64,000 nucleotides of DNA from Eledone cirrhosa (Eukaryota): contig OZ024741.1 of the NCBI GenBank assembly GCA_964016885.1, positions 65,286,001 to 65,350,000 on the forward strand. Direction: 5' to 3'. How positions within the stretch are numbered: position 1 is the first letter of the stretch; every line of letters begins with the position of its first letter. The notes below the pieces were generated by a model. That model was not told the DNA's origin, ran no database searches, and was given only the letters and a program-made list of their open reading frames with translations. Below are positions 26,915 to 39,915 of the stretch, one piece after another. A program made the position numbers and the translations under genes.

Positions 26915-29900
26915 TGGTAAAAGGAAAAGAAAATGCTGACAAATTGTTCCCAGTGAAAAATAGTTTAATTAGGAATAAGTAAAAATTAGTAATAAGTATT
27001 GGTTAATATTCAGTTTTGGTTTTAAGTTTTTACCGGTTGCGCATTTCTAATGCTTTTCAAAAATAAATTTGAGATAGAGCGCCAGTGATGTTTGCTCTAA
27101 TCTGATTAGTTTTGGAAATTCTACCTGTTTTAAGTGAAAAAAGTGGCTACAGATGTATTAAAATAAGTTTCGCGCCAATTCGTGTTGCAAAAATTCTTGT
27201 GGTCAAAACAATTTTGATTGGTCGGTAGAGATCATGTGAATGTTAAAAATTGATTTTGCGCCAAATGTAGGTTTGTCTCGGCTGATTGAGAAGTCACTGA
27301 AAAATAAGTCTTTTAAGACAAATATGTGTGTGTGTGTGTAGTAGTAAAGAGGTTCATTGTTGTGATAATAGTCAGTAGGGATGTGTGTGTGAATTGCAGT
27401 CATGTTGACAGGTCAACAGTTCAGGTGCCTGTGTGTGTGTCTGTGTGTGTGTGTGTCAACAGTTCAGGTGTTGTGTGTGTGTGTAGCAGAGTAATTCGTG
27501 GTAGAGGGATCGGTCAGTAGGAATGTGTCTGTACGTTTGTGGGGGATATTTTAACATGTTAAAATATATTTTTCAGCTCTTGTCTTATACGGAGAAGTGT
27601 GTGTCTGTATGTCTCTGTGTATGTGTGTGTGTATATATATGTGTGTGTGTGTGTGTATATGTGTCTATGTGTGTGTGTGTGGGTGGACCAGTATTTTTGT
27701 GATACTGGTAAAAATGGTGTACATTATTCGATATTTTCAGTAAAAACGATTCTCTCAATAGAACATCAAAAACCTTAATAAAAGGTGTGAAATGATATAT
27801 AGTATTGTCATAACACCAAGGTGTGTGTGAGTGTCCAGATTGTACGTACTGCAAGGGGAATCCATTAGGACCTGCCGTATTGGAATACTTGTGTACAAAT
27901 ATGTATGTGCCATCAGTGTGCAATGCATGTGTGCGTATATGTATGTGTGTGTGTCGGCACGTTTATATCTATAGACATCAAAAGGTATGCAAATTTGTGT
28001 ATATTTGTGTTGCACCATAGAACATGTGTGTTTACGTATGTCATTGTGTTTATATGTGGATAGAGATGTATGTAGGATGTATGCTGATGTAGGTATGTTA
28101 TGTTGACGTGTGTATGTTGTGGGTTCGTCTTAGGGAGAAGTGTTTAGACGGGGTCCGTATTTGTTAATAAAGTGAGATTCCTTGCTGATGCGCTGGGTGT
28201 GGGTGGCATTATCTTTACATTTGTAGAGGGGAAAGATTCTGAAGTTGGGATGATTTGGGGCGGCACGGGTATCAATGTGTTCACTCAGTGGTATTTTCCT
28301 GTATTCCCGTATTTTAATTTGGGATCTATGGACAGTCATGCGTTGGCGGAGGCTGTTTTGGTCTGGCCTATGTATTGTTCTCGACAACCTGAGCAAGTTA
28401 ATACATATATTAGATTTTCTGATGCGCATGTGAAATTGTGTTTTACTATAAAACGTTGTCCTTCTTTGAAATAGAATTCCGAACCCTCTATTAGGTTGAT
28501 GCATATGCCACAGTTGGGTCTATCGCATTTTTTTACTGTGGGTTTCGTTGTTGTGGTTGGCAGTACTTTGGCATATGTTAAGATGTTTTTCATTGACTTA
28601 GATTGTCTTTTGCTCTTTATGATATCGTGTGTTCGTAGGATTTGGTTCATTCTATGGTCCTTTTTTAACACAAGGATGTTCTGGAGGATGGTGTCAAAGG
28701 CCTCATTGTTGAGGGGGTTGTGTGTGGAGATGTATGGAAGAGCTTTTAGTTTCGGTTGATTTACTTTAGGGTGTCTAAGGCCCTGGGTACTGAGTTTTAG
28801 GGCACGTTGGATTCCATTGTCAATTAGTGATGCAGGGTAGTCCCTGCCTATGAGTGTGTCCTTTAGTTCTTGTAGCCGTAAGTAACAGGTGTTTTTATTG
28901 GAGACTATAGTACAGATTCTCTTGGCTAAGTTGTAGGGAATATTAATTTTAACGTGTCTAGGGTGGCAAGAGTTGAAAGGAAGATATTGCTTGGAGTCTG
29001 TGGGCTTGTAGTATATGTCTGTTTCTATTTTTTGTTATGAATCTTAATGAGGATGTCGAGGAAGGGGAGTTGTTGATGGCTGTATTCCATCGTAAAGTTA
29101 ATATTCGTGTTGAGCCCATTTATAAGGGTGTGAAATTCTTTAAGTTTCTCGATGTTTTCGTGCCAAAGGATGAAGCAGTCATCTAGATATCGCTTCCAGT
29201 TCCTTTCTATGTGTAAGTGGAGAGTGTTTCCAAATTTGTTTAGTACTTTAGTGTAGAGGGTGATTTCCAGGTATCCCATGACTAGGTTGGCATAAGCTGG
29301 GGCTGTTTTCGTTCCCATAGCGGTCCCAGATTTCTGCCTGTAGGATTTGTTATTGAAAACGAAGTAATTGTTCTCCAAGATAAATTTGAGTCCCTCTATC
29401 ACGAATTCTTTTTTGATGAGTTGTGGGAGTTCATTGCGGTAATTATCCAGCCAGAATTGGATAGCTTCTATTCCTAGGTTGTGGGGGATGTTGGAGTATA
29501 GGTTGACTACATCGAACGTCACTAGTAGGGTTTGTTCAGAAAGGGGCATATTAGGGAGGTGATTGAGCATATCTAGGTCGTCCCTTATATAGCTTTTGAT
29601 GTGTTTGAGAAAAGGCTTGAGAAGGGTATCAATGAAGTTGCTAAGACGGTGGGTTTCGCAAGCGGGGCCTGCTATTATAGGTCTTAATTTGAGATCATTG
29701 GGTGAGGGGACATTGATGACTATGTCTGTGGCTTCCTTGCATGCCTTACTTATTAATTCGCTTTTATGTACTTTAGGGATACCGTAGAAAAAGCTGGATT
29801 TACTTGTGAAGTCTGTGATGAAGCTGAATTCCTTGTTAGTGAGTCCTTCTTTGTATTGGTTGATCAGAGTTTTTAGGTTTCTCATAATTTTCTGTTGATT

Positions 29901-30681
29901 GTAGTGTTCAGCCTTTTCGTAGTATGTTTCGTTTTCCAAAGTGGAGAGCGCTAAGTTGATATAGAATTCTGTCTCCATTAGGACTACTGTACTCCCTTTA
30001 TCAGCCTCTTTAATTGTAATGGTTCTGTCGGTTTTTAATCTATTTAATTCTTCCCATTCTTTCTTGTTGAGGTTTGGCTTGTGTTGTTGTCTGTGCAAGT
30101 GTTCGTAAGGGAAGTTTGTGATGTGTTCACAGAATTCGTCCAGGATTTTATTTCTACCATTTGATGGGGTGTAGTTGCTTCTATTTCTGGCTAATGATTC
30201 ATCCTCATTGTACTGGTCGAATAGTTCTTCACTGAGTCGTAACTTTCTACAGAAGTCTGTGATGTCTTCCTTCATTTCATAGTAGTTAGGATGTAGTGGG
30301 GTCGGTGTGAATGTAAGACCTTTGGAGAATAAGTTGATAAGGTTGGGTGTTGGTTCTGCACTAGTTAGATTGATACTTTTTATTACTCTCGGTTTCTCCT
30401 CCCTGTCTTGTGTTATTTTGTTTCTCTGTATCTGTGTGCTGTGTCTAAAAAATGGTTGGGTAGAGGGGTTGTCTGCTGATGTTAAGTGGTTTCCTGTGTT
30501 TGTTATATTCCTTGGTGTTGTAAAATGTGGTTCGGGTTCGTGGTTGTAGATTGAATGGGGTGTTCCTGTATTGCGAGTATGGATGTGTGTTTCTATGTGC
30601 CATGTTGGATTGTGGTGTTATAGGTGGCCTACGTTGTTGGTTGTATCGTGTGGTGTGGGTTTGTTGTGTATTGTGGAAGCG
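26915..30681 (-). mobile_element. Penelope-like retroelement, Neptune-type (RT plus GIY-YIG endonuclease)
   Basis: RT motifs ADKGS, YGIPKVHK, LRPII, FDVVNLYSNI, GTAMG and RYLDD, a CDRPNCGIC linker, and LIYVLTCSGCREQYIGQT. Bounded by (TA)n; the 3' boundary is approximate. Confidence 0.9.
28130..30617 (-). pseudogene. PLE RT-GIY-YIG polyprotein reading frame with two frameshifts
   Basis: Hand translation gives one open frame 30617-29028, a shift, an open frame 29027-28355 (IETDIYYKPTDSKQYL...YIGQTK), a second shift, then NSLRQRMTVH...KESHFINKYGPRLN to 28130. Confidence 0.8.
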
Positions 30682-30714
30682 ATATATATATATATATACA
30701 CATATACGTGCGTA

Positions 30715-30831
<117 letters not shown>

Positions 30832-31174
30832 GGAAATCAGTAAAATCGAATCTCTGGCGGTTTGCAAGTAAATTTGGCCTACTTATATGAAATGATGAGT
30901 TAGCAAAGCACTCGATAAGATAGGGCCTCAGAGTTATAACATACGTTTAAATAGCTTGACAAATCGAACATTGTGGTAGGCGAAACTAACACACAATATA
31001 TACCAAAGCAACGATAGAACTAATCAGGTTGATATATATATATAACCAAAAGTTAAACAAGGTTCATTGATTAATCAATGAATATAGTTTTACAATAGAT
31101 TAGAAGCACTCAACAGATGTTTTCTGGAGTTATTAATTCAAAATATTAATAAATATAGACATTCATGTAATCAA

Positions 31175-31246
31175 ATATATTTTATTATATATATTTCAGA
31201 GGTACTGTGCTGTTTCCTCAGTACGTCCTCATCAGATAAAATATAT
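31175..31246 (-). ncRNA. Minimal type-I hammerhead ribozyme
   Basis: Reverse complement of 31373-31444. Confidence 0.8.
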
Positions 31247-31372
31247 AAATTGATATATGACATACCTCAACTGTGCTGATGGTTCAATTCCAGTCTTGGC
31301 AGTCAGATATGAAAGACTGCCAAGACTGGAATTGAACCATCAGCACAGTTGAGGTATGTCATACTTCAATTT

Positions 31373-31444
31373 ATATATTTTATCTGATGAGGACGTACTG
31401 AGGAAACAGCACAGTACCTCTGAAATATATATAATAAAATATAT
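31373..31444 (+). ncRNA. Minimal type-I hammerhead ribozyme
   Basis: atatattttat CTGATGA ggac-gtactg-aggaaacagca-cagtac-ctct GAAA tatata TA ataaaatatat. Stem I is a perfect 11 bp and helix III is palindromic. Confidence 0.8.
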
Positions 31445-31803
31445 TTGATTACATGAATGTCTATATTTATTAATATTTTGAATTAATATATATATATATA
31501 TACACGTGTGTGTATTTATGCATATTTGATACATCCATATAATTATTTCCTACTTGTGTTTTATATATATATAGATAGATTGAGATTATACCAGTTTTAA
31601 ACTAGTAAGACCATTATTCAGCAGAGTAGTGATTAATATCATCCATAAGTTAGCAGGAAACAGCTGGGGGTCTGATGCACATACTCTCAAAATTGAATGC
31701 TCAGCACTTGCAAACTCAGTTGTAGAGTACTGTTCACTGGTCTGAGCAGGAAGCTGTTATGTGGGGCAAGTTGACATCATCTTCAACTCGGGTGTGGGTG
31801 TGT

Positions 31804-31834
<31 letters not shown>

Positions 31835-31854
31835 TGATTTACCTGACTTTACAA

Positions 31855-32645
31855 TCTATATATATAAAACTGTGGTTGTCTGTCTATCGATTTTTGGCAC
31901 ACATCTCCTCTTAGAATCTCTCACGGAATTGCACCCAAATTGCTATACTTGTACATTGAGCCCTAGCGAAGACATCGGAAAAAAAAAAAATTTCAAATTG
32001 ACCCACCCTATGTGACGAAATCGAATATAATGTATCGATTTTTGAGCGTAAGTTATCAGTTATTTCCCTTTGTTCTGTTTACATTGAGCGTCTTACGTAA
32101 AAAATTACGCTGGCTTTCTCAGCTACACGAACAGTTGTCGAGCCAGCAAAATATTGACCTGCAAAATTCATCAGTTCGAACACTAAGCTTCCGTTTTGCT
32201 TCATTTCCATTTAAAAGCATTTTAAAACAATATTTTTACTTGAAAACAAGTCTATTTAAAGACTACGTAAAACAAGCAAATATTTCAGGCGTGCAGACAG
32301 ATAGTCGTGCAGAGAGGTGATATAGGCGTGCAGACAGACATAACTGATAATTTGGTTACGCTAATGTTTTTCTCTGCGTTGCAGTGTTTACATTTTCGAT
32401 CTTTGTTAATAAATAACCAGTGCAGTTTCTATCCCCAGCATCCTCTTTTGTTATAACATTCGAGTTATCGTTATGTTTTATTAACTTCATAAGGCATATT
32501 GTTGGTTGAGGGAATATTAATCAAAAACACCACATGCAAGTCTGCACAGTAGACACTACAGTTTTTAAGCCAAGAAAGAAACTTAACATTGTAACTTTAA
32601 CACAGCTACTGAGCGACCCCGAGCAACGCCGGGCTTTACTGCTAG
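31855..32645 (+). mobile_element. Non-autonomous Helitron
   Basis: A|TCTATATATATAAAA start, subterminal hairpin CCCGAGCAACGCCGGG (32618-32633), CTAG|T end and an AT target site. Confidence 0.85.
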
Positions 32646-33211
32646 TATCTTTATAAAGTTATCATCTCCTTTTCATCATCATCATCATCCTAAACATATA
32701 TATGATTTTGATGTTTATGTGTGTGTGTATGTGCATGTACATTTGTATGTATGAATGTTCGTGCATATGTATGTGTGTGTATGTATGTATATGTGTATGT
32801 ATGTTTATGTACATGTGTATATGTATATATATGTGTGTGCGTGTGCATTTACATGTATATATACGCGCGTATGTATGTACATACCCATCTATATGTGTAT
32901 GTATGTTTATGTGCATGTGTATATGTATATATTTACATATATATATATATATATATATAGTAGTACAAACTTGGTATAAATATCCATGTGTGTGCGTGTG
33001 TGTGTGTGTGTTTATGTGTGTGTATGTCTGTGTGTGTGTGCATGTGTGTGTATGTATATGAGAGAAAGAAAGGGGAGATAAGATTATGAATGGCTCATCC
33101 TTAAATTGATTAACAGATTTTCCACCTATTATTTTAACTAAACATGCATAAATGAAAAGCTCTACCATAATTACTTACTTACACACTCACATAGGCCAAT
33201 CCACAGTTAGA

Positions 33212-33245
<34 letters not shown>

Positions 33246-33591
33246 ATACACCACCAAATCAACACTTGCAACACACACATGCAGACAGATGCATACACAT
33301 TTAATGTTAGACATCATTATATAAAAAATGCAACATTGCACAGAGATTGGTGTATTCAGAAAACTAAAATAAAGGAACATTAAAAAAAGAATTAATGGCT
33401 GTTTGGTAAAGGATTTGACTTCACAACCACGTTGTTTAGGGTTCAGTCTCACTCTGTGTAACCATAGGCAAGTAGTGTTAAATGATGATAATGATTATAT
33501 ATATATATATATCATATATATATTATATATATTATTATATATATATTATATATATATTATATATATTATTATATATATTATTATATATACT

Positions 33592-33937
33592 ATCATCATC
33601 ATCATCATCATTTCATTTTACGTCCACTTTTTCCCTGCTTGCAAGGGTGGGACGGGAACTGATTCTGGCTTGATTTCTACAGCTGGATGTCCTTCCTAAC
33701 ACCAACCTCATTTACAGTGAGTGCTGGGTGCTTTTTTGCCGTGGCACCTACACGACCACTTTGCAGTGGAATGATATGGACCCAGTCCCTATCATCTCAT
33801 TTCTACAGCTGAGTAATCTGGAGCAATGTGAAATAAAGTGTCTTGCTCAAGGAAACAACACATCACCCCGGTCTGAGATTGAACTCACAACCTTTCGATT
33901 GCAAGGCCAATGCTCTAACCACTAAGCCATGTGCCTC
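33592..33937 (-). mobile_element. SINE family B, full length
   Basis: tRNA A/B boxes, CCTTGAGCAAGACACTT domain and RTE-like tail. Confidence 0.9.
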
Positions 33938-33978
33938 CATTATATATATATATTATTATATATATGTACTATATATAA

Positions 33979-34167
33979 TAATTGTTTCTACTTTTGGCAC
34001 AAGGCCAGCAATTACCCAGTGCATTACTGGTACTTTATTTTATCGACCCCGTAAGGATGAAAGGCAAAGTTAACCTCGGCGGGATTTGAACTCAGAATGG
34101 CAAGGACCGTAACTCTATGCGTCAAAGCATGGCGTAGGACCCTCTAACGATACTGCCAATCCACCGT
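33979..34167 (-). mobile_element. SINE family A
   Basis: Full-length copy. Confidence 0.9.
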
Positions 34168-34169
34168 AC

Positions 34170-35812
34170 TCATCATCATCATCATCATCAACGTTTAACG
34201 TCCGTGTTCCACGCTTGCATGGGTTTGGACAGGGGTTTTCCCACTTGAGGCAAGAGTGATTGTCTTGCTCGTATAGGACTGTCTGGCGGGTATTCTACAG
34301 CTGGATGCCCTTCCTAACACCAACCACATTTACAGTGTGGGTCTGGGAGGTTTTTACCGTGTTGCCTACACGGCTACATTACAGCGTGGACTGTGTGTTT
34401 TTTTGTCGTGACACCTACACGATCTCATTTGTTTCGGCCTGGTTGGTGTGGCACCAACATAACTTTACATAGAAGGGGGCGGTGTGGATGGGGTGGGGGT
34501 GGTGGGACGGGGGTGTATTTTGTTAGAGATGCCTACTGACTGTAGTAGGTTTTACTTTGTATTGAGGTAAGGCGGGTCTTCTCTATTACTGAGTACCGCC
34601 AAAGGTCTCTGTCCAGTGACATTGTCTTGGTGAGGTGTAAGTGTGTGAGGTCGGAGTTTATCAGCTCGTCCCAGGTTTTTCTGGGTCTGCCTATTCCGTG
34701 GCTACCGTCTATCTTTATTGCCCTGCACTTTGTTATACAGCTATCGTCCTTCATGCGCATCACGTGACCATACTAACGTAGCCTTCTCTCTAGTAAACAA
34801 CATCTGATCCCTCTTATTTCTAATTTTTTCCTTAGTTCGTTTATGCTTTGTTGTTCACGTATATTACTATTACACATCCAGCGGAGCATGCAAGCTTCGT
34901 TTCTCTCTAGTCTGCGTATATCCTCTGCACACAATGCCCAGGTCTCACTGCCATGCAACATTGCTGTTCGTATGCAGGCATCGTACAACCTGCCTTTCAT
35001 TTTTAGGGAGAACCCTTTAGCGGCTAATAGTGGTATAAGCTCTCTGAACTTTTTCCACCCAGTTCTGACTCTAGCTAATGTACTTTCAGAGCACCCTCCC
35101 CCACTGCTGATTTTGTCACCCAGGTAACGGAAGCTGTCCACTATTTCTATAGAACCCTCTGTGCAGTTGAAAGAGCTAGTATTCTGTGGGCACTTGCTGC
35201 TACTTATTGCCCCAGAACACCGGCCACATGTAATATCTATGTTCTTAGTTAGCTTACCTGTGATCCCACTACATCTTTTATGCACCCAAACTTTGCATTT
35301 GGGACACAAAATGGAATTTCTACCTACGCCTTTCCTACACTCTGCACATGGCCACTTCCCGGAGGGGACAGCCGCCTTATTTTCTTTCTTACAAACTAGA
35401 ACTTTAGTCTTAGCCAGGTTAATTTTAAGGCCTTTTGATTCTAGGCCGTGCTTCCATGTTTGGAATTTCTTCTCTAGCTCGGCCATTGATTCAGCTATGA
35501 GCGTTAGATCATCTGCGTATAGGAGTTCCCATGGGCAGCCGGTCTTGAACTCCACTGATATAGCCTGGAGGGCAATAATAAATAGTAGGGGGCTAAGAAC
35601 AGAGCCCTGATGAACACCAACTTTTACACTAAACTCTTCACTATATTCGTTGTTAATTCTAACCTTGCTGACTGTTTCTTTATACATGGCTTGTATAGCT
35701 TTCACAAGCCATTCATCAACACCTAGTTTTCTAAGAGCCCACCAGATAATGGAACGGGGGACTCTGTCGAAGGCCTTCTCCAAGTCGACGAAAGCTAAGT
35801 ATAGGGGTTTAC
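34170..35812 (-). mobile_element. RTE family 1 LINE, 5'-truncated
   Basis: ORF 34773-35783 has QGSVLSP, YADD and the Cys/His finger. There is a TGG>TAG stop at 34773 and an (ATC)n tail. Confidence 0.95.
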
Positions 35813-35930
35813 TATATATAATAATATATATATATATAGTACATATATATAATAATATATATATATATAGTATATATAATAATATATATATATATTATTA
35901 TATATATATACTATATATATATTATATATA

Positions 35931-36115
35931 GGCGGTGGATTGGCAGTATCGGTAGAGGGTCGGACGCCATGCTTTCCAGCATAGTTACATCCCTTTACGA
36001 TCTGAGTTCAAATCCCGCCGAGGTTGACTTTGCCTTTCATCCTTACGGGGTCGATAAAATAAAGTACCAGTAATGCACTGGGTAATTGCTGGCCTTGTGC
36101 CTAAAGTAGAAACAA
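35931..36115 (+). mobile_element. SINE family A
   Basis: Full-length copy starting GGCGGTGGATTGGCAG. Confidence 0.9.
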
Positions 36116-36142
36116 CTATATATATATATTATATATATATAT

Positions 36143-36509
36143 ACTCAGTCAGTAGGCATCTCTAACAAAATACCCCCCCCCCCCCCCCCATCCACACCAC
36201 CCCTTTCAATGTAAAGTTATGTTGGTGCCACAACATCCAGACCGAAACAAATGAGATCGTGTAGGTGTCACGACAAAAAACACACAGTCCATGCTGTAAT
36301 GTGGCCGTGTAGGCAACACGGTAAAAACCTCCCAGCCCCACACTGTAAATGTGGTTGGTGTTAGGAAGGGCATCCAGCTGTAGAAAACCCGCCAGACAGT
36401 CCTATGCGAGCAAGACAACCACTCTTGCCTCAAGTGGGAAAACTCCCGTCCAAACCCATGCAAGCGTGGAACATGGACGTTAAACGATGATGATGATGAT
36501 GATGATGAT
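36143..36509 (+). mobile_element. RTE family 1 3' UTR
   Basis: Matches 43491-43879, with (TA)n on both sides. Confidence 0.9.
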
Positions 36510-36519
36510 ACTATATATA

Positions 36520-36579
<60 letters not shown>

Positions 36580-36744
36580 AAAAAGTTTAATCCTGACGGC
36601 AGAGCTCAAGCCATTTTGACGGCTCGAAACGGCTTGAGCTCTGCCGTCGGGGTTAAACTTTTTCCTATTACCCACTCTACTACCCTAAGTATTGAGTACT
36701 TTGGTGCGTTATGGTCTATCTGGTTCCTTACCACACCTCCTTTG

Positions 36745-36784
<40 letters not shown>

Positions 36785-37241
36785 TATATATATACTATAT
36801 ATATATATATATAATATATATAATATATATGTATACTATATATAGTATATATATATATATATAATTTATATAATATATATATATATATACTATATATATA
36901 TAGTATATATATATATAATTTATATAATATATATATACTATATATATATATACTATATATATATGGAAAACGTTGTTAAACTTTGACAAGCTGATATGTC
37001 ATAGTGCTGATGCAAAATATTTGAATTCGAATTCTCCAAAAAAAGCACATTGGATTAGTGATTCTAGATATGCTCACCTACATATCAACACAACACACGT
37101 CAGTTACATAACAACTGTTAATCCTTCAACTGTGAAATTGGTGTATTATTATGATTTATTAAATAATATATATATATATCTCATCAACATCATCGCCATT
37201 TACCATCCATTTTCCACACTGGCATGGGCTAGATGAGTTGT

Positions 37242-37317
<76 letters not shown>

Positions 37318-37952
37318 TATATACACACAGATATATATCATGATAATGATATATAATATATATATATATTTGTGTGTCAGCATTTGATTCCTCTTATGCC
37401 GAGTTTCTCTTTCAATTAATTTATGCTTCGTATATATATAATAATAATAATAATAATAAGAAGAAGAAGAATGATTTCTTTATTGGCCACAAGGGCTTGT
37501 AGAAGATGTGACATAAACAGCCATTTATATCAATTTCTTGCTCACTCACAATCTCATTCATATAAAAGATGACAAAAATATCATAATCATATTCCATACT
37601 CTACACAATATAACACAAATCTCACAGAACATACTCTATCAAATCACCACCTAATAACATCACACAATACATACACATACGTAATCAACACCTGATGCTA
37701 CAACATATCCTATACATCAGCAAAACCCCACATAATCTGTACAATAAGCACTCAATAAAATAACACAACATATAGAGTAGAAGGAAGACGTAAGTAGAGG
37801 TAGACCACGTAAAACATAGGCGGAGGTGGTGAGAGCAGACCTCAGATCGCTGAAACTCACCGATGAGATGACGAAGGACCGTGACAAGTGGAGAGATGCT
37901 GTGCTGAATAGGACCTGTGCAACCCTTGCAAGCAGGGAAGAGCGGACGTAAA

Positions 37953-37990
<38 letters not shown>

Positions 37991-38340
37991 ACAGCCCATG
38001 CTCTACAGATTCATCACCCAACACTAAAATACATAATGTCAATTACAAAACACATAGGAAACACCCAACAAAATAACACAACTGAAACAGCACATGCTCT
38101 GCACAAACATCATTTAACAAAAGAACACATAACCCAACTCACACAGTATATATACATATATATATATACAGACACACATACACACACAGACACACACACA
38201 CACACACACACATACACACATATATATATGTGAGTCCCAGGTTTAATCGGGGGTAACTACAGTAAGTGAAGTACTCAATACATAAGTAGAGTATATACAA
38301 AATTTAATATAGAAATGGCTTCTACAGGACTAGAACTGTT

Positions 38341-39874
38341 TTCTTCTTTCAATACTGTCTCAACAATGGTGCTACTCCGGAGCAGTGGAAAACTGGCAGT
38401 GTCATTCCCCTGTTCAAAAAGGGCAACCGCATGTCACCTGTGAACTATCGTCCAGTCAGTCTTACTAGCTGCATGGCCAAACTGATGGAATCCTGTGTCA
38501 GAGAAACACTTTGGAACTTCTGGAGCTCTCACAGCCGCATCCGGCCCTCACAGTTTGGATTTATCCCTAACTCCAGCTGCTGTGATCAGCTTATCGAGTT
38601 CCTTGAAGACATCACCCGGATCACTGACAGCGGCTCATGGGTGGATGTTGTTTACCTTGACTTTGCTAAGGCTTTTAATTCTGTGTCACACAAAAGACTT
38701 ATGGCAAAACTCTCTGCAATGGGTGTGAGGAATGATCTTTTCGACTGGTTGAAATCCTTCATTCTCAGCCGAAAAGAAGTAGTCACGGTTCTAGGACAGC
38801 ATTCTTCACCATATGAGATGTCATCTGGTGTACCACAGGGATCTGTTCTTGGTCCCCTTTTATTTGTGGCATATATTAATGACATAGATGCAAACTTACA
38901 GAATGCCATGGTACTGAAATATGCAGACGACATCAAGCTGTACCTTGAAATCAAAAGGACTGATCCTGAAATTTACAACTCTTTCCTACAATCAGACCTG
39001 GACACAATGCAGCAATGGATCACAGACTGGCAACTGAAGCTGGCTGTGGACAAGTGTACCACCATGCATTTTGGAAGGAAAAATCCAGCGTCCACATACT
39101 CCCTCCACAACACTGATATCAAAAAGTCCTCTTGTGAACGTGACCTGGGCATTACTGTCAGCAGCGATTTGCGTTGGACAAAGCATGTCTCTAAGATTGT
39201 CAAGAAGGCCGAGGGTGTCTTGGCATCACTCAGCAAGACCTTTGTTAGCCGCTCTCCATCCATCTATTTAAAACTGTATACAGCTATGGTACGACCACAC
39301 TTGGAATTCGCATCATCAGTCTGGAACCCCTATCTTTCTCAGAACATTGACCTCCTGAAAACTGTTCAGAGACGTGCAACCAAGCGCATACCCTCCATCA
39401 GACACCTACCATACTCTGAACGCCTTGCTTCCCTGGGCATGGATTCATTGAAGCTCCGACGTCTGGCAATGGACTTGGTGAATACCCACAAAGTTATTAA
39501 CCATCTTGCCAATTGCAGCCCTGAGCACCTTTTTGATCTCCATGTGTCTAACACACGGGGACATGCCTACAAAATCAGAAAACAGCACAGCTCCCATGAA
39601 TTTCGTAGACATTTTTTCACGCTCAGAGTTGTTGAAGCATGGAACAAACTGCCTGCGTCAGTTGTTAGCTGCCGAGACACTGCATCCTTTAAGACACTCA
39701 TGCTTCCCGAAATACGCCAAAACTACACCTGATGTACCCCTTCCATACACATGCACACATGCGTGTATCATGACTCGTGCACTGTTCATTTTACTGATGT
39801 TTGTGCATTGCCCTATGTACTGAACATGCACTTTTTGATGAGTTGTGGTGCACCTGGGCACTGTACACAATATT

Positions 39875-39915
<41 letters not shown>

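Larger units (their letters stand above)
31131..31488. repeat. Fold-back palindrome, arms about 174 bp, 10-nt loop (31305-31314)
   Basis: Arms are reverse complementary except for one small mismatch patch. Confidence 0.92.

Noticed and set aside
27052-27120. Hammerhead-like hairpin in the PLE 3' region (minus: CTAATCA...CAAA)
   Set aside because: Three core mismatches in an otherwise young element.
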